The notes beneath the pieces are model-generated. The model was not told the origin of the DNA. It saw only the letters and a list, made by a program, of their open reading frames with translations, and did not search any database. The position numbers were made by a program, and so were the translations under genes. A DNA stretch of 64,000 nt from Pseudomonadota bacterium (GTDB lineage Bacteria > Bdellovibrionota > Bdellovibrionia > Bdellovibrionales > Bdellovibrionaceae), in the NCBI GenBank assembly GCA_041178425.1, contig JBEGVH010000009.1, forward strand, positions 1 through 64,000. The letters run 5' to 3'. Positions 39,601 through 49,844 of this stretch are shown piece after piece. Every line of letters starts with the position of its first letter. Within the stretch, counting starts at the first letter, position 1.

Positions 39601-42600
39601 CATTAACCATTTCGCCCACACAAAGCACAACTCAATCTTTGGCGATTCCTGATGTGCTTGGTAGCGATTCTTTTGTTACAAACAACACAACCGCCACACT
39701 CAAAGGAAAAACAATTAAGATCAGCGATAGCAACGTGATCGAAGGACTCACAAACTCTTCTATTAGCGACTCTGCTGCGATAGCTCGATCGAAGATGGCC
39801 GTCGATGCCAACAAAGGTGGTCTCGTCTATAACGACGCATCCACCGGCGCTCTCACAAGCCTCAATCCTGGGTCGGCTAATTATCCTTTATTGTCTGCAG
39901 GCACTAATGCCTCACCCGTCTGGTCGGGCATTAGTCTTGCCAATGACAACATTAAACTTCCACCTGGCAAGTCGATTAGTAATGATAGCGGCAACATGAG
40001 TATCTCGGCCGTGGGCGATATGACTGTCAACGCCAGCGGCGACACCACTGTGAAAGGCGCCAATACTTATATCGGTAACACATTGGCGGCTTCTGAAACC
40101 CGCATTTCTGGGGGAGCGAGTGGTGCCTCTTATCTTAAAATAAAATCAACGGGTGGTATTGAGTTCGCGGCCCCAAGTGGAATCACATCGGATGGGCCCC
40201 TCGGCCTAGGCACAACGTCACCAACGTCGATGCTCCATACGGTTGCAAGCGGGGCCAAGACTTCTGCTTACACAGGCAACTACCTTTCGAACACGGCCAC
40301 TTCAGGCACCGGATCCATTGCCAAGATTGGTCTCGATGTTCAATCGACTGGCACGTGGAATGGTGCTTCGGCGACGAACACTGGTCTTAATGTAAACGTA
40401 AGTGGCGGAACGACCAATTATGCTGCCACCTTCAATGGCGGCAATGTAGGTATCGGTACGACTTCGCCAACAGGCACGTTAGAGGTGAGCAGTACAAACA
40501 CAGGTTCGTCTAATTCTTATGGTGTGAAGATCACACCAACCTATAATCAAACGGGTTCAGCAGCTAATACTGACCTTTTAATCAATCGCACGCAGACAGC
40601 GGTTGGCAGTGGCACCCAAAATTTGATAGACGCGCAGGTCAATGGCACTTCAAAATTTAGCGTTGATAACGGTGGTAACGTAACAGTCGTTGGGGTGCTT
40701 ACTGCTGCGAATATTTCGGGTAATTCCTCCACCGCCACCAATTTATCGAACGGTTCACTAGGAGCAATTCCTTATCAAAGTGCTGCAAGCACTACGGCGA
40801 TGCTCACGGGCAACTCAACCACCACAAAAAAATACCTCACGCAAACGGGAACTGGGAGTGCTAGTGCAGCACCAGCTTGGAACACCATTGATACTGGTGA
40901 TATTACTTCGGGAATTTTGGGTGTTGACCGTGGCGGGACTGGCGTGGGCACCATCACTGGCATTATCAAGGGAAGTGGTACCTCGGCATTTACGGCGGCA
41001 ACGGCAGGAACTGACTACTCGGTGCCGGCCAATGTGGAATCATTTACAGGTGCGAAGACATTTGATAACGATAAAATTTTACTGAAAGGTAGCAGTTCAG
41101 GAACTACGACTTTCCATTCGAACAACTCAACTGCTACTAATTTCACTCTTAATTTTCCTGCCACTAATGATACCTTAGTGGCCAGAAATACGACGGACAC
41201 TTTAACCAATAAAACGCTCTCCGATTCAACAACCCGATTTGCTAACGTGACTGATGCCACAAAAAAATTAGCTTTTAGTTTGGGCGGACAAACAACCAAC
41301 ACCACACTTACGATCACGACCGCTCAGTCCACAGATCAATCACTATCCCTTCCAAATGTAGGAGCCAGTGATTCGATTGTTACCAACAATACGACCGCAA
41401 CCCTCAAAGGAAAAACCATTAATATTGGAGCTCCCGATAATAACGTTATCACTGGACTCACCGACTCGAGTATTAGCAACTCAGCCGCTATCGCTCGTTC
41501 AAAAATAGCAGCCGACACCAGCGTAAAAGGTGGATTAGTTTACAACGATGCCATTTCAGGAAGTCTTGCGAGCCTCACGCCAGGAACAGCTGGTTTACCA
41601 CTGATTTCGGGCGGTACTAGCACCGCTCCAGGCTGGTCGACCGTCAGTCTTGCAAGCGGCAATGTCACGCTCCCAGCGAGTGGCAACATCACCAACGTAA
41701 GCGGAAACATGAGCGTCTCGGCCGTTGGCAACCTCACCGTTACGGGTGGTGCAAGTGCGAATACCTATGTGGGCAACACAGGCTCAAACACCTATGTTGG
41801 CAACAGTACCGCGGGAACGACCATGATTTACGGTGGATCTTCATCCAGTATTCTGGTGGACTCTAGCGGTGTAACGATGACAGGTACCTCCATTAAAGCT
41901 CCGAACTTTATGCCAACGGGATCCACCAAACCCACCGATGGAATGTATCTTCCCGCTGCAAGCACTGTTGGTATTTCAGCGGGCAACACTTTGGCGGCTC
42001 AATTCACTTCAACAGGTTCGTCCTTCAGTGGAAGTGTGGGCATTGGCACCACAACTCCTGGCGCCTCGCTTGACATCACACCCGCTGCAAACACTATTGG
42101 ACTTCAAAGCACGGGCTATTCCCTCACGGGTGCCAACGCTCAGTCACTTGTGAATCTCTCTGGCACCTGGAACACCTCAGGCACACCGACCTTAATCAAA
42201 GCTAATGTGACGGACACTTTAAGCAATGCGAGCTCCCTCCTACTCGACTTGCAGGTGGGTGGTACTAGTATGTTTAAGGTGAATAAAGCAGGCAACTTGA
42301 CGAATACGGGATCTGTGACGGCGACGGGTGGCTTTTATGGGCCGCTAACGGGTAATGTGAGTGGTAATCTAACGGGCAATGTGATTGGTAATATTTCTGG
42401 CGCAACGGGAGTTTTTTCGACGTCGGTCACATCACCGCTGCTTCTTGGAGGAACAACAACAACCTCTTCGTTGACTTACAAAACCACTACGGCGGTGGGA
42501 ACTAGTGGAGCTGATCATATATTTCAAGTCGGCAACAACGGCGGTACCGAAGCCATGCGTATACTTAATTCTGGCAACGTGGGTATCGGCACAGCAACTC

Positions 42601-45600
42601 CTGGTACAGCCCTCGAAGTAAAAGGTTCAGTTCGAATCCAGAATTCAGCCACTGCTTATGTCACTTTCGCCTCCTCTTCATCAGCAGGCACCCCCACTTA
42701 TACTTGGCCGACGACGGGACAATCTTCGAATTATTTTTTGAAAACAGATGGGAGCGGTAACTTGAGTTGGGCGCAACCAAGTCTCTCTAATATGATCACA
42801 GGAACGCTCCCAGTGGGTAATGGCGGTACGGGTACGACCACGTTCACATCCAATGGTATTTTGTACGGCAACGGCGGCTCGGCGATTCAGGCCACCGCCG
42901 CTATGACAGATGGACAGTTCGTTGTTGGGAAAACTTCGAATGCTCCACAAATTGTTACCATGAGTGGCGATGCTACCGTTAGCAACTTAGGAGCTGTCAC
43001 AGTTCAAGGCCTCAGAGGCAAAACAGTCGATTCTACGTTGCCGACGACCAGTGGCCAAGTTCTCCGATACGATGGAACCAAGTGGGTTCCTAATTTTGTA
43101 TCGATGTTTGACCTTCGATCGACAGTGACGGGATCGGCAACATTTAATTCAGGCTCACAGGGATGTACTGCTGGCCAAACTCTAACCTGGACGTCTGCGA
43201 CGGATAATCTCAGTTGTACGACAATTGCCATAAATGATTCACAACTTAATTTTTCCGCCTCTCGCACAGCCAACACCTTCCTCGCAGCACCTAATGGAAG
43301 TGCAGGAGCTGCATCATTCAGAACGATCGCAACGGCCGATGTTCCTTGGGCGACACCTGGATCAATAGGATCAACAACCGCCGCGAGCGGTGCCTTTACA
43401 ACTCTCACAGCATCAGGGGCAACAACACTCACTAACAACACAGCCTCGACGAGTTCGAGCACGGGTGCACTTATCGTCACAGGTGGCTTGGGCGTGGGTG
43501 GCGCGATTTTTTCTGGAAGCACCATAGCAGCCACGGGCGCCATCACCTCTAACTCTAGTATTAGCAACACCATCACGACGGCTGCCAACTCGGGGGCCAA
43601 TTATAACTCACCAGCGCATAATTTTGTTGGTACCTACTGGAATGGCTCTGCCAGTGCAAACGACTCATGGTCAATTACAAACGTCTTGGGCACAGGAGCT
43701 AATCCTACGGCCACATTGACCTTGGTCCACACCGGATCGAGTGGCACAGCAACAGTGTCGACCCCCAACTTAACAGTTAGTGGTACCTTAACGAACACGG
43801 GCTCTTTTACGCAGGCGTCTTCCAACACCACCGGAAGTGCTAACGCAATAACTGCTAATTCTCTAACGAGCGGAAATATCCTCTCACTGTCTTCGACTTC
43901 GACAACTGCTGCAGCAGGAAACACCGGTTTGAACATTGCAATTTCTGGCACCAATGCCACCGCAGGGATTAGTCGTTACGGGCTGAAGTCAGTAATGACA
44001 TCGGCGGGAAGCACTAGCACCAACGTGGCCGGTTACTTTTCTGCGACTGGCGGTACGACCGCGAATTACGGCTTGATTGTAGAAAATGGGAATGTGGGAA
44101 TCGGAACGACAACTCCAAGTACCGCTCTCCAAGTAAACGGTACAGTGACAGCTACAAGCTTCGCCGGAAGCGGTGCGAGTTTGACTGGAATTACCGCCTC
44201 AACCAATGCCAATTTAACAGGCCCGATTACAAGCGTTGGTAATGCAACCTCGGTTGCTTCACAAACTGGTACCGGAACAAAATTTGTGATGGACACGAGC
44301 CCGACGCTAGTGACTCCGACTCTCGGTGTGGCATCAGCAACCTCCATAAATAAGGTTACCATAACAGCACCGGCCACAAGTGCCACACTGACGATTGCCA
44401 ATGGAAAGACACTTACCATCAATGACTCCCTAACCCTGACAAGCGGAACGCAAGGGGGAGTACCATACTATTCGTCGACTGGCGCACTTTCCTCGTCACT
44501 GGCGGGTACTTCTGGTCAATTATTGACATCCGCGGGAACTGGCGCAGCGCCAACTTGGATATCATCGGTTCCCATTGCGAATGGCGGTACCGGAGCAAGC
44601 ACACAACAGGCAGCGATCAATGCTTTAACTGGCATTCAAACATCCGGAAGATATTTAAGGAGTGATGGAACAAATGCGACACTTTCGGTTATTGCAGCTG
44701 CTGACCTGCCGACAGTTTACATCGGCACCACAGCGATTCCACTGAGCAGAGCCTCAGCCTCACAATCGTTGACAGGCATAAGTATTGACGGTTCAGCCGC
44801 GTCCTTCACGGGATCCTTGAGTGGTGATGTCACTGGAACACAAGCTGCCACGTCTATTGCTGCCACGACCGTTACTGGTAAGGCATTAACAAATTTTAGT
44901 TCGACCACTGGGACTGTGACGGCCTCAGATACGATTCTCTCAGCCATTAATAAATTGGTTGGGAATATGGCAACTTATGCCCCACTCGCAAGTCCAGGAC
45001 TTACGGGCACACCAACAGCTCCCACTGCTGCGGTCAATACAAATACAACTCAAATAGCAACTACCGCATTTGTTTTGGGACAAGCAGGAGCTGCAACACC
45101 AATCGTCAATGGCACGGCCGCCGTGGGTACGGCTACAAAGTTCTCGCGCGAGGATCATGTGCACCCAACAGACACGAGCCGTGCACCAACGGCAAATCCG
45201 ACATTTACTGGTAACGTAAACATGCCAGGCACTGGTATATGGAATTCCTCCGGAAATGTGGGGATAGGAACGACATCTCCTGTAGATAGACTCTCCTTCG
45301 GCACCCCGACAGCCTCAGCGACGACAGCTCTCGTCAATTTATCCAATACTGCTCTTGTAAGCGGTTCAGCCTCTGGAACTTACATAGGAGCGAACCCAGC
45401 TTCTGCTGGGGCCGATTTCATAAACTATCAGGTCGGCAATACATCGAAATTCAAAGTGGATTCCGCCGGAAACGTAACTGCTGTCGCCTTTCTTTATAGT
45501 TCTGATCGGCGACTCAAAACGAATATCAGTCAGATAGAAAACCCAATAGAGACAATTCTAAAGTTAAAGGGTGTAAACTTTATTTGGAAAGATTCAAAAA

Positions 45601-45920
45601 AGCCAGAAATGGGATTTATCGCTCAAGATGTTGAACGAGTGCTGCCAAATCTAGTTAAAACTGATGAGCAATCTGGATTCAAGAGCGTTCAATACGGCAA
45701 CCTTATTGCTCTTGCTATTGAGGGCATTAAGCAATTAAAGTCGACCATCGATACGATGTTTATTACTCAATCTCAACAGATGAGTTCAATCAAGCAAGAA
45801 AACAAAGAGCTTAAGGATCAAATGGAGAGATTAACGGAAGAGAATAAAACCAAGGAACAGGAACTTAAAGAACTGAAACTTCGCATGGACAAACTAGAAA
45901 AGGCCCTTCAAAAAAACTAA
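36678..45920 (+). CDS. Giant phage-tail-fibre-like adhesin with C-terminal S74 intramolecular chaperone (Bdellovibrio MAT-type)
   Basis: Signal peptide; N-terminal CLLYEEQQ domain; many GNVGIGTTxP and QVLKTDGSGTLSW motifs; SDRRLKTNI at about 45501, GFIAQDVE, terminal coiled coil. Confidence 0.9.
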   Translation: MITMRWFENYLTLLLTSILAILAQPLFAAEEAVQSFSVSGTLYQSGSTTPLHDPATTFKIQIISPDRACLLYEEQQVVNIGSTGYFNIQVGSARSSNKRTANDPRHSMTQVFQNVGMIFANNVGVTQCPGGLYIPSPGDTRYVRLTVTPSSTNSPDTLSPDIAIGSVTSSLVAQSVQGLERNKILQVRENNSVSLTQGNLEWLFNSTNLSNLQTVLSGGLVSAPGTGVALPQFNGAPVNLNEGTIWYDTNEDVIKYSKGSLTAPLTLVNSTSGTIGGSVVVDTTGYIRTSNYVNAGSLYSPYIYGGSAPSSNLTIDSTSDATKGNIIIGPTTSAVGIGTTTPTAKVHISAGGTTPGKAPFKLTNGGLLSTPEAGAIEYDGTSLYYTDTSGTPARHTLATVAGSVASLRGDVTTLDAADPAQPGTYNATVVSVGGSSATQVNQSRLDTEAATANNNAETIVKRDASGNVSVGDSSHRKIYLRDSGSNTVSLEAASTTSSYSLKWPAAKADSTNKVLASDTDGNLSWINLGSVDGKVSLTSQVIGVLPIANGGTNSAVALNNNRLMYSSGGAIIEMGELSTGQIVVGKTGDAPQIKTLNEDVVVDETGKTTINKVKGTTVSGVGLLSGNLLQNTSASAIGLNNLLISNATGVQDFPATGEKVLLTVAGIPTWTAQNADSFTQYVLLNGRTSGQTINGGADANGNLTLESTSNGTKGNILLSPNGGSSVAVGTSTPLSKFSVVGGAMSAGPQGTSAGQGGEVRFYELGANGSDYVGFRAPDALAGTKVWTLPTADGTSDQVLKTDGSGTLSWSTLNTGQIGTGAADATKYLRGDRAWSDFNAAAIGSNLTGYATASPASISSSDSVLQAVQKLDGNDSLWLKKDGSRPLTGNWDAGAFKATFNSVQVGSAANTITGLSTIVNTGTLTLPTTTDTIVGRATTDTLTNKTLSDSTTVVANATTPSKQLAFSLSNQSESTTLTISPTQSTTQSLAIPDVLGSDSFVTNNTTATLKGKTIKISDSNVIEGLTNSSISDSAAIARSKMAVDANKGGLVYNDASTGALTSLNPGSANYPLLSAGTNASPVWSGISLANDNIKLPPGKSISNDSGNMSISAVGDMTVNASGDTTVKGANTYIGNTLAASETRISGGASGASYLKIKSTGGIEFAAPSGITSDGPLGLGTTSPTSMLHTVASGAKTSAYTGNYLSNTATSGTGSIAKIGLDVQSTGTWNGASATNTGLNVNVSGGTTNYAATFNGGNVGIGTTSPTGTLEVSSTNTGSSNSYGVKITPTYNQTGSAANTDLLINRTQTAVGSGTQNLIDAQVNGTSKFSVDNGGNVTVVGVLTAANISGNSSTATNLSNGSLGAIPYQSAASTTAMLTGNSTTTKKYLTQTGTGSASAAPAWNTIDTGDITSGILGVDRGGTGVGTITGIIKGSGTSAFTAATAGTDYSVPANVESFTGAKTFDNDKILLKGSSSGTTTFHSNNSTATNFTLNFPATNDTLVARNTTDTLTNKTLSDSTTRFANVTDATKKLAFSLGGQTTNTTLTITTAQSTDQSLSLPNVGASDSIVTNNTTATLKGKTINIGAPDNNVITGLTDSSISNSAAIARSKIAADTSVKGGLVYNDAISGSLASLTPGTAGLPLISGGTSTAPGWSTVSLASGNVTLPASGNITNVSGNMSVSAVGNLTVTGGASANTYVGNTGSNTYVGNSTAGTTMIYGGSSSSILVDSSGVTMTGTSIKAPNFMPTGSTKPTDGMYLPAASTVGISAGNTLAAQFTSTGSSFSGSVGIGTTTPGASLDITPAANTIGLQSTGYSLTGANAQSLVNLSGTWNTSGTPTLIKANVTDTLSNASSLLLDLQVGGTSMFKVNKAGNLTNTGSVTATGGFYGPLTGNVSGNLTGNVIGNISGATGVFSTSVTSPLLLGGTTTTSSLTYKTTTAVGTSGADHIFQVGNNGGTEAMRILNSGNVGIGTATPGTALEVKGSVRIQNSATAYVTFASSSSAGTPTYTWPTTGQSSNYFLKTDGSGNLSWAQPSLSNMITGTLPVGNGGTGTTTFTSNGILYGNGGSAIQATAAMTDGQFVVGKTSNAPQIVTMSGDATVSNLGAVTVQGLRGKTVDSTLPTTSGQVLRYDGTKWVPNFVSMFDLRSTVTGSATFNSGSQGCTAGQTLTWTSATDNLSCTTIAINDSQLNFSASRTANTFLAAPNGSAGAASFRTIATADVPWATPGSIGSTTAASGAFTTLTASGATTLTNNTASTSSSTGALIVTGGLGVGGAIFSGSTIAATGAITSNSSISNTITTAANSGANYNSPAHNFVGTYWNGSASANDSWSITNVLGTGANPTATLTLVHTGSSGTATVSTPNLTVSGTLTNTGSFTQASSNTTGSANAITANSLTSGNILSLSSTSTTAAAGNTGLNIAISGTNATAGISRYGLKSVMTSAGSTSTNVAGYFSATGGTTANYGLIVENGNVGIGTTTPSTALQVNGTVTATSFAGSGASLTGITASTNANLTGPITSVGNATSVASQTGTGTKFVMDTSPTLVTPTLGVASATSINKVTITAPATSATLTIANGKTLTINDSLTLTSGTQGGVPYYSSTGALSSSLAGTSGQLLTSAGTGAAPTWISSVPIANGGTGASTQQAAINALTGIQTSGRYLRSDGTNATLSVIAAADLPTVYIGTTAIPLSRASASQSLTGISIDGSAASFTGSLSGDVTGTQAATSIAATTVTGKALTNFSSTTGTVTASDTILSAINKLVGNMATYAPLASPGLTGTPTAPTAAVNTNTTQIATTAFVLGQAGAATPIVNGTAAVGTATKFSREDHVHPTDTSRAPTANPTFTGNVNMPGTGIWNSSGNVGIGTTSPVDRLSFGTPTASATTALVNLSNTALVSGSASGTYIGANPASAGADFINYQVGNTSKFKVDSAGNVTAVAFLYSSDRRLKTNISQIENPIETILKLKGVNFIWKDSKKPEMGFIAQDVERVLPNLVKTDEQSGFKSVQYGNLIALAIEGIKQLKSTIDTMFITQSQQMSSIKQENKELKDQMERLTEENKTKEQELKELKLRMDKLEKALQKN

Positions 45921-45982
45921 GGGGGACGTAGTCCGAATTCCTACTTCGCAGTACATTGATATTCGGACTCTTCGGACGTCCC
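45921..45982. repeat. Nested hairpin immediately upstream of the RAYT-like gene
   Basis: GGGACGT/ACGTCCC outer arms and AGTCCGAAT/ATTCGGACT inner arms. Confidence 0.7.
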
Positions 45983-46035
45983 ATTGCTTTATATTCGAAT
46001 CCAGCTCGTCACACTTCTTGCTAAAATAGCAAAGC

Positions 46036-46800
46036 ATGAGAATAAAACGATCACAACAACTATGGCCCGACAATGGCACCGTCCATCTTTACTGGCGTTG
46101 CCATAATAAAGAATACTACTTAGAAAATAATTTTTTTAAAGACGTTTACATGTCTTGCCTGGAGAAGGGTCTGGAACATAGACCCTCAACTCACCTAACT
46201 AAACTTAAACAAAAGTGTAAGATACATGCCTACTGCGCCATGAGTAATCACTTTCATCAGGTGGCGAGCTATCGTGACGGTTCGACCCATCTATCGCTAT
46301 TTATGCGTCAGGCGCACGCCCTTTTCGGCATCAAGTATAACCGTGCTAAACGCCGGAGTGGAAAGGTTGCCGAAGGCCGCCCGAAGACACCGCTCATTCA
46401 GGATCCCCGCCATGAAATGCTTGTTCACTTTTACGTCGAGGCCAACCCCATTCGCGCTGGGTTCAGAAACATTGAGAATTTGAAATACTACCAATATTCA
46501 AGTTATGGTTTTTTTGCCTACGGGAGAAAAACAAAGTACACTCATCTATTAACTTTGCCTGATTGGTATATGAAACTAGGAAAAACATTAAAAGAACGGC
46601 AACAAAAATATAGAAAACTCTTTAGGCAATACCTAGGGGAGCATAGACCATCTTTTTCTTGCCGATTCAAACAAGCTTTTATTGGCGATGCGCAATGGAT
46701 ACTTATGTCGATGGTGCGACTTAAAAAAGATAATCGAGAATTTGAAAATGAAAGTTATAACATTCAAAGTGATCTGAGTATTCTAGGGAACACTGCCTGA
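46036..46800 (+). mobile_element. REP-associated tyrosine transposase-like (Y1/HUH) protein
   Basis: H..RCHNK, HAYCAMSNHFH (HUH), YN...RSG...EGR, YVEANPIRAG (catalytic Tyr), YQYSS, WYxxLG...RQ..YR. Confidence 0.85.
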
Positions 46801-47030
46801 TTTCGTTATGACTCAAGTCTTTTGATCCCCCTTGGTTAAAATGGAGTCTCATATTGGGTCGTAATTTTTACCTCGATGGTAATTTCCACTGAGATACGCG
46901 ACCTCGGTGGTGCTCGATTCGTCCTCACGTGAGACACATGATAATTAAAACACCCTATCAACCTAAATTGTTGGCATAATTAGAGTTGAATAACGTTAAA
47001 ACTACCGTTTCCGTTTCTGTGGGGTTTAGA

Positions 47031-49778
47031 ATGTCACGTTTTATCACGTTGCCTGACTTTGCGAAGTTATCGAATTTGGCATTGGTTGTTTTTATTTTGA
47101 TTAATTCCGGATGTACCAAAATAGACTTCACCCAAGAACTTTCTAAATTGAGCGCCAATGCAGTGCCAACTGAAACGCCAAACCCAAACCAAACTTCACC
47201 TCCAATTGAAAATGAGGATACAAACAGCAAAGATGCCGTTTGCGGCGAAAGTCATTTAAAAGAACTTACGTCTGCCCCATCAGAAGCCATTAGCTTGTGT
47301 AGCAATGGTTCTCCCAGTGCTGTGACCGAAAATAATGAGAAGACCAAGTATATTTGGAACTGTAGCGGACTACCAAATGGACCCCTCGTTGAATGCTATG
47401 CCTTGATTTCTAATTCCTCTACAATGCCGCCACGACCAACTCCAAGCGCCTCTCCGACTCCAGACCCGGCTCTATTGGTTAATGGTTCTTGTGGTGGAAG
47501 TAACGGACAGTATTTGAGCTCCGTCCCCACAACTGGGCTTTGTGCAAGTGGCACCGCGAGTGCCGTTGATTCGACTGCAGGTATTGCAGTGGTCGGCGTG
47601 AGCACTACTAAAACATACAAATGGACCTGTAACGGCAGTGGTGGTGGTTCTAGTGCTACTTGCAGCGCCACCCAAAAATTAGCGCCTCTCTGTGGCTTGA
47701 GCAATGGTCAAAATGTTTCTACAACTCCCACCCGAGAACTATGCTCCCAGGGAACAGCGAGCGCCGTTACTCTCGGTTCAAACAAATACACCTGGAGTTG
47801 CTCGGTTACAAACGGACCCACTACTGAAAACTTAGTCTGCGCGGCTAACCAGGTTGTCAATGGGATCTGCGGAACTAGCAACGGAGCATTCACACCCTCC
47901 GCACCAACTACAAATCTTTGTGTCAGCGGAGCTCCGTCCCCAATTCTCACGAATTCAGCGGTATTTCCATCAAAGTATAATTGGAATTGTAACGGATTAA
48001 ATTCTGGCACAACGTCATCTTGTAGTGCTATTCAATCGATTGATCCGGCCTGCGGATCAAGCAATGCTCAAAACTTTGAGGCAAAACCTACAAGCAATCT
48101 CTGCGCTTCCGGACAGGCCAGTGAGGTCACCCTTTCGGATGGCAAATTCAAGTGGAGTTGCACCACAAATACAACGATTACCAACACCCAAATGTGCTCG
48201 GCAAATCAAGTGGTGAATGGCACTTGTGGTGCTAGTAACGGACAATATGTGAGCTCCGTCCCCACTACCGGGCTCTGCACGAGTGGTATCGCGAGCGCCG
48301 TTGATTTGCGCGTAGTTGCAACATTGATCCGTGTGAGCACTCCTAGTCAAATATACAACTGGACCTGTAACGGCAGCGGTGGTGGATCTAACGCTTCTTG
48401 TAGTGCCTCACAAAAATTAACTGCCCTCTGTGGCAAGAGTAACGGTCAAACTTTCCTTACCCCTCCTGTTAACGATCTTTGCTCTTCGGGAAACCAGGGA
48501 ACCGTTGCCACATCGGCCACGTCGTTCGACTGGACTTGTTCAGTAACCAATGGAACGTTAACCGAAATGGTTTCTTGTTCCGCGAAAAGACTGAATATTC
48601 CGGTTTGCGGGGCGTTTAAAGAAGTGAGTTTGGCGTCGCAGACGCTGCCGAGCTCCGTCCCCACGGGATTGGGAGAATTTGTCAGGTATTCGGGAGCGCC
48701 GATTGGTCAGCGATTTATCGTTCCGAAAGAATCTTGTGCCATCATTGAGGCACCGCGACTCCCCAACCTAATAGGCTTTCAGCAACTCTATTCGGTGGTG
48801 GTTGATGCTCCGTCGACTGATTATACCATCCAAGGTTTTTATGGCATCGAAGTTTTAAAAAACACTAAAACCGGTCAGATCATCACCGTACAACTTCCCC
48901 AACCCCCAGCAGGCCCCAACAATATGGGCATCACCGTGACCTTCACCAACGGAAGTATATCTCTCACCTCCCACCAAACCCCCATCACAACTGCGTGGAC
49001 CGCTTGGGTCACTCAAGGCGTCGCTTTCGGAGGCGATACCTCTTTGTGGAATAATCCCTCGAGCACGATGATCCCGGGCCTCATTCGCTCTGTCTCGGCT
49101 TTGAATCTGGGTTCCTATCTCACCGCGAACCCCTCTCTCCTCAACACGCAGGAAACCGCGAACAAGTATTCCTTCCCGTCGCCTTCAACACCGATCGCCC
49201 AATCGATCTGTCCGAATCCACGAATTCTTAATCTAGATTGGCAGGCTGCGTCCCCAACCACCGCTCAATCCAACGAACATCTTATTACCTTTGGGAACCC
49301 TCTAAAAAATACATTTATCATTGGCAACAGCTCTTGCCTAACCGTTGTTGCCCCACAACTCCCCTTTGATGGTTCGGGTTTTCAGCAACTCTATGCGGTA
49401 GCCCTCCATGGTTCCTCCTCGCAATACACCGTGAGCGGCTACCACGGCATGCTCGTTCTTACAAATATCTTTACCAACCAGCAAATTCACCTACAAATTG
49501 CAAGGCCACCGATCGGTCCTAATAACTATGGAATCAACATAAAATTCACGAATGGTAGCATTTCGCTTACCACTTGGAGAAATGAAACAACTTGGAAATC
49601 GTTTATCACTAGAGGCGTCCCTCTGAACGGCGACCTCTCCGCGTGGAACAACTCCGCAGCCCTCGAACTTCCGGCAACACCACCTCTGGGCACCCCATTG
49701 TCACTTTCCACTTACCTGGGTGCAAACCCCTCACTTCTCAATACGACGGATACGTCAAACATTTATAGTTTTCCTTAA
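47031..49778 (+). CDS. Lipoprotein with seven 4-Cys ~55-aa repeats and a duplicated C-terminal domain
   Basis: Lipobox INSGC; repeats NGxCGxSNG..PTxxLCxSG..WxCxG..CSA; two copies of GFQQLY...PPxGPNNxGI..FTNGSISLT. Confidence 0.85.
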   Translation: MSRFITLPDFAKLSNLALVVFILINSGCTKIDFTQELSKLSANAVPTETPNPNQTSPPIENEDTNSKDAVCGESHLKELTSAPSEAISLCSNGSPSAVTENNEKTKYIWNCSGLPNGPLVECYALISNSSTMPPRPTPSASPTPDPALLVNGSCGGSNGQYLSSVPTTGLCASGTASAVDSTAGIAVVGVSTTKTYKWTCNGSGGGSSATCSATQKLAPLCGLSNGQNVSTTPTRELCSQGTASAVTLGSNKYTWSCSVTNGPTTENLVCAANQVVNGICGTSNGAFTPSAPTTNLCVSGAPSPILTNSAVFPSKYNWNCNGLNSGTTSSCSAIQSIDPACGSSNAQNFEAKPTSNLCASGQASEVTLSDGKFKWSCTTNTTITNTQMCSANQVVNGTCGASNGQYVSSVPTTGLCTSGIASAVDLRVVATLIRVSTPSQIYNWTCNGSGGGSNASCSASQKLTALCGKSNGQTFLTPPVNDLCSSGNQGTVATSATSFDWTCSVTNGTLTEMVSCSAKRLNIPVCGAFKEVSLASQTLPSSVPTGLGEFVRYSGAPIGQRFIVPKESCAIIEAPRLPNLIGFQQLYSVVVDAPSTDYTIQGFYGIEVLKNTKTGQIITVQLPQPPAGPNNMGITVTFTNGSISLTSHQTPITTAWTAWVTQGVAFGGDTSLWNNPSSTMIPGLIRSVSALNLGSYLTANPSLLNTQETANKYSFPSPSTPIAQSICPNPRILNLDWQAASPTTAQSNEHLITFGNPLKNTFIIGNSSCLTVVAPQLPFDGSGFQQLYAVALHGSSSQYTVSGYHGMLVLTNIFTNQQIHLQIARPPIGPNNYGINIKFTNGSISLTTWRNETTWKSFITRGVPLNGDLSAWNNSAALELPATPPLGTPLSLSTYLGANPSLLNTTDTSNIYSFP

Positions 49779-49782
49779 ACTC

Positions 49783-49813
49783 AAAAAAAAAAGAGCCCTT
49801 CTTTGGAGGGCTC
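49783..49813 (-). terminator. Intrinsic terminator for the convergent minus-strand genes
   Basis: A-run followed by GAGCCCT...AGGGCTC. Confidence 0.7.
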
Positions 49814-49844
49814 CCTGTCTGACGCTGACTAGATTTTTTAACAA

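Noticed and set aside
37192..45346. Many antisense or alternate-frame ORFs inside the fibre gene, and likewise in rpsA, glmS and the Cys-repeat gene
   Set aside because: These are shadow ORFs arising from biased codon content, with no motifs or RBS.
36678..45920. Prophage interpretation of the tail-fibre/S74 gene
   Set aside because: It has a signal peptide and there are no capsid, terminase or integrase genes nearby; it fits a host-encoded fibre adhesin.
46036..46960. Complete IS200/IS605 element with tnpB
   Set aside because: There is no tnpB, the protein is longer than IS200 TnpA and RAYT-like, and I found no matching right-end hairpin.
47480..48440. Diversity-generating retroelement TR/VR pair
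   Set aside because: The differences are not adenine-specific, both copies are in-frame repeats of one gene, and there is no reverse transcriptase in the window.
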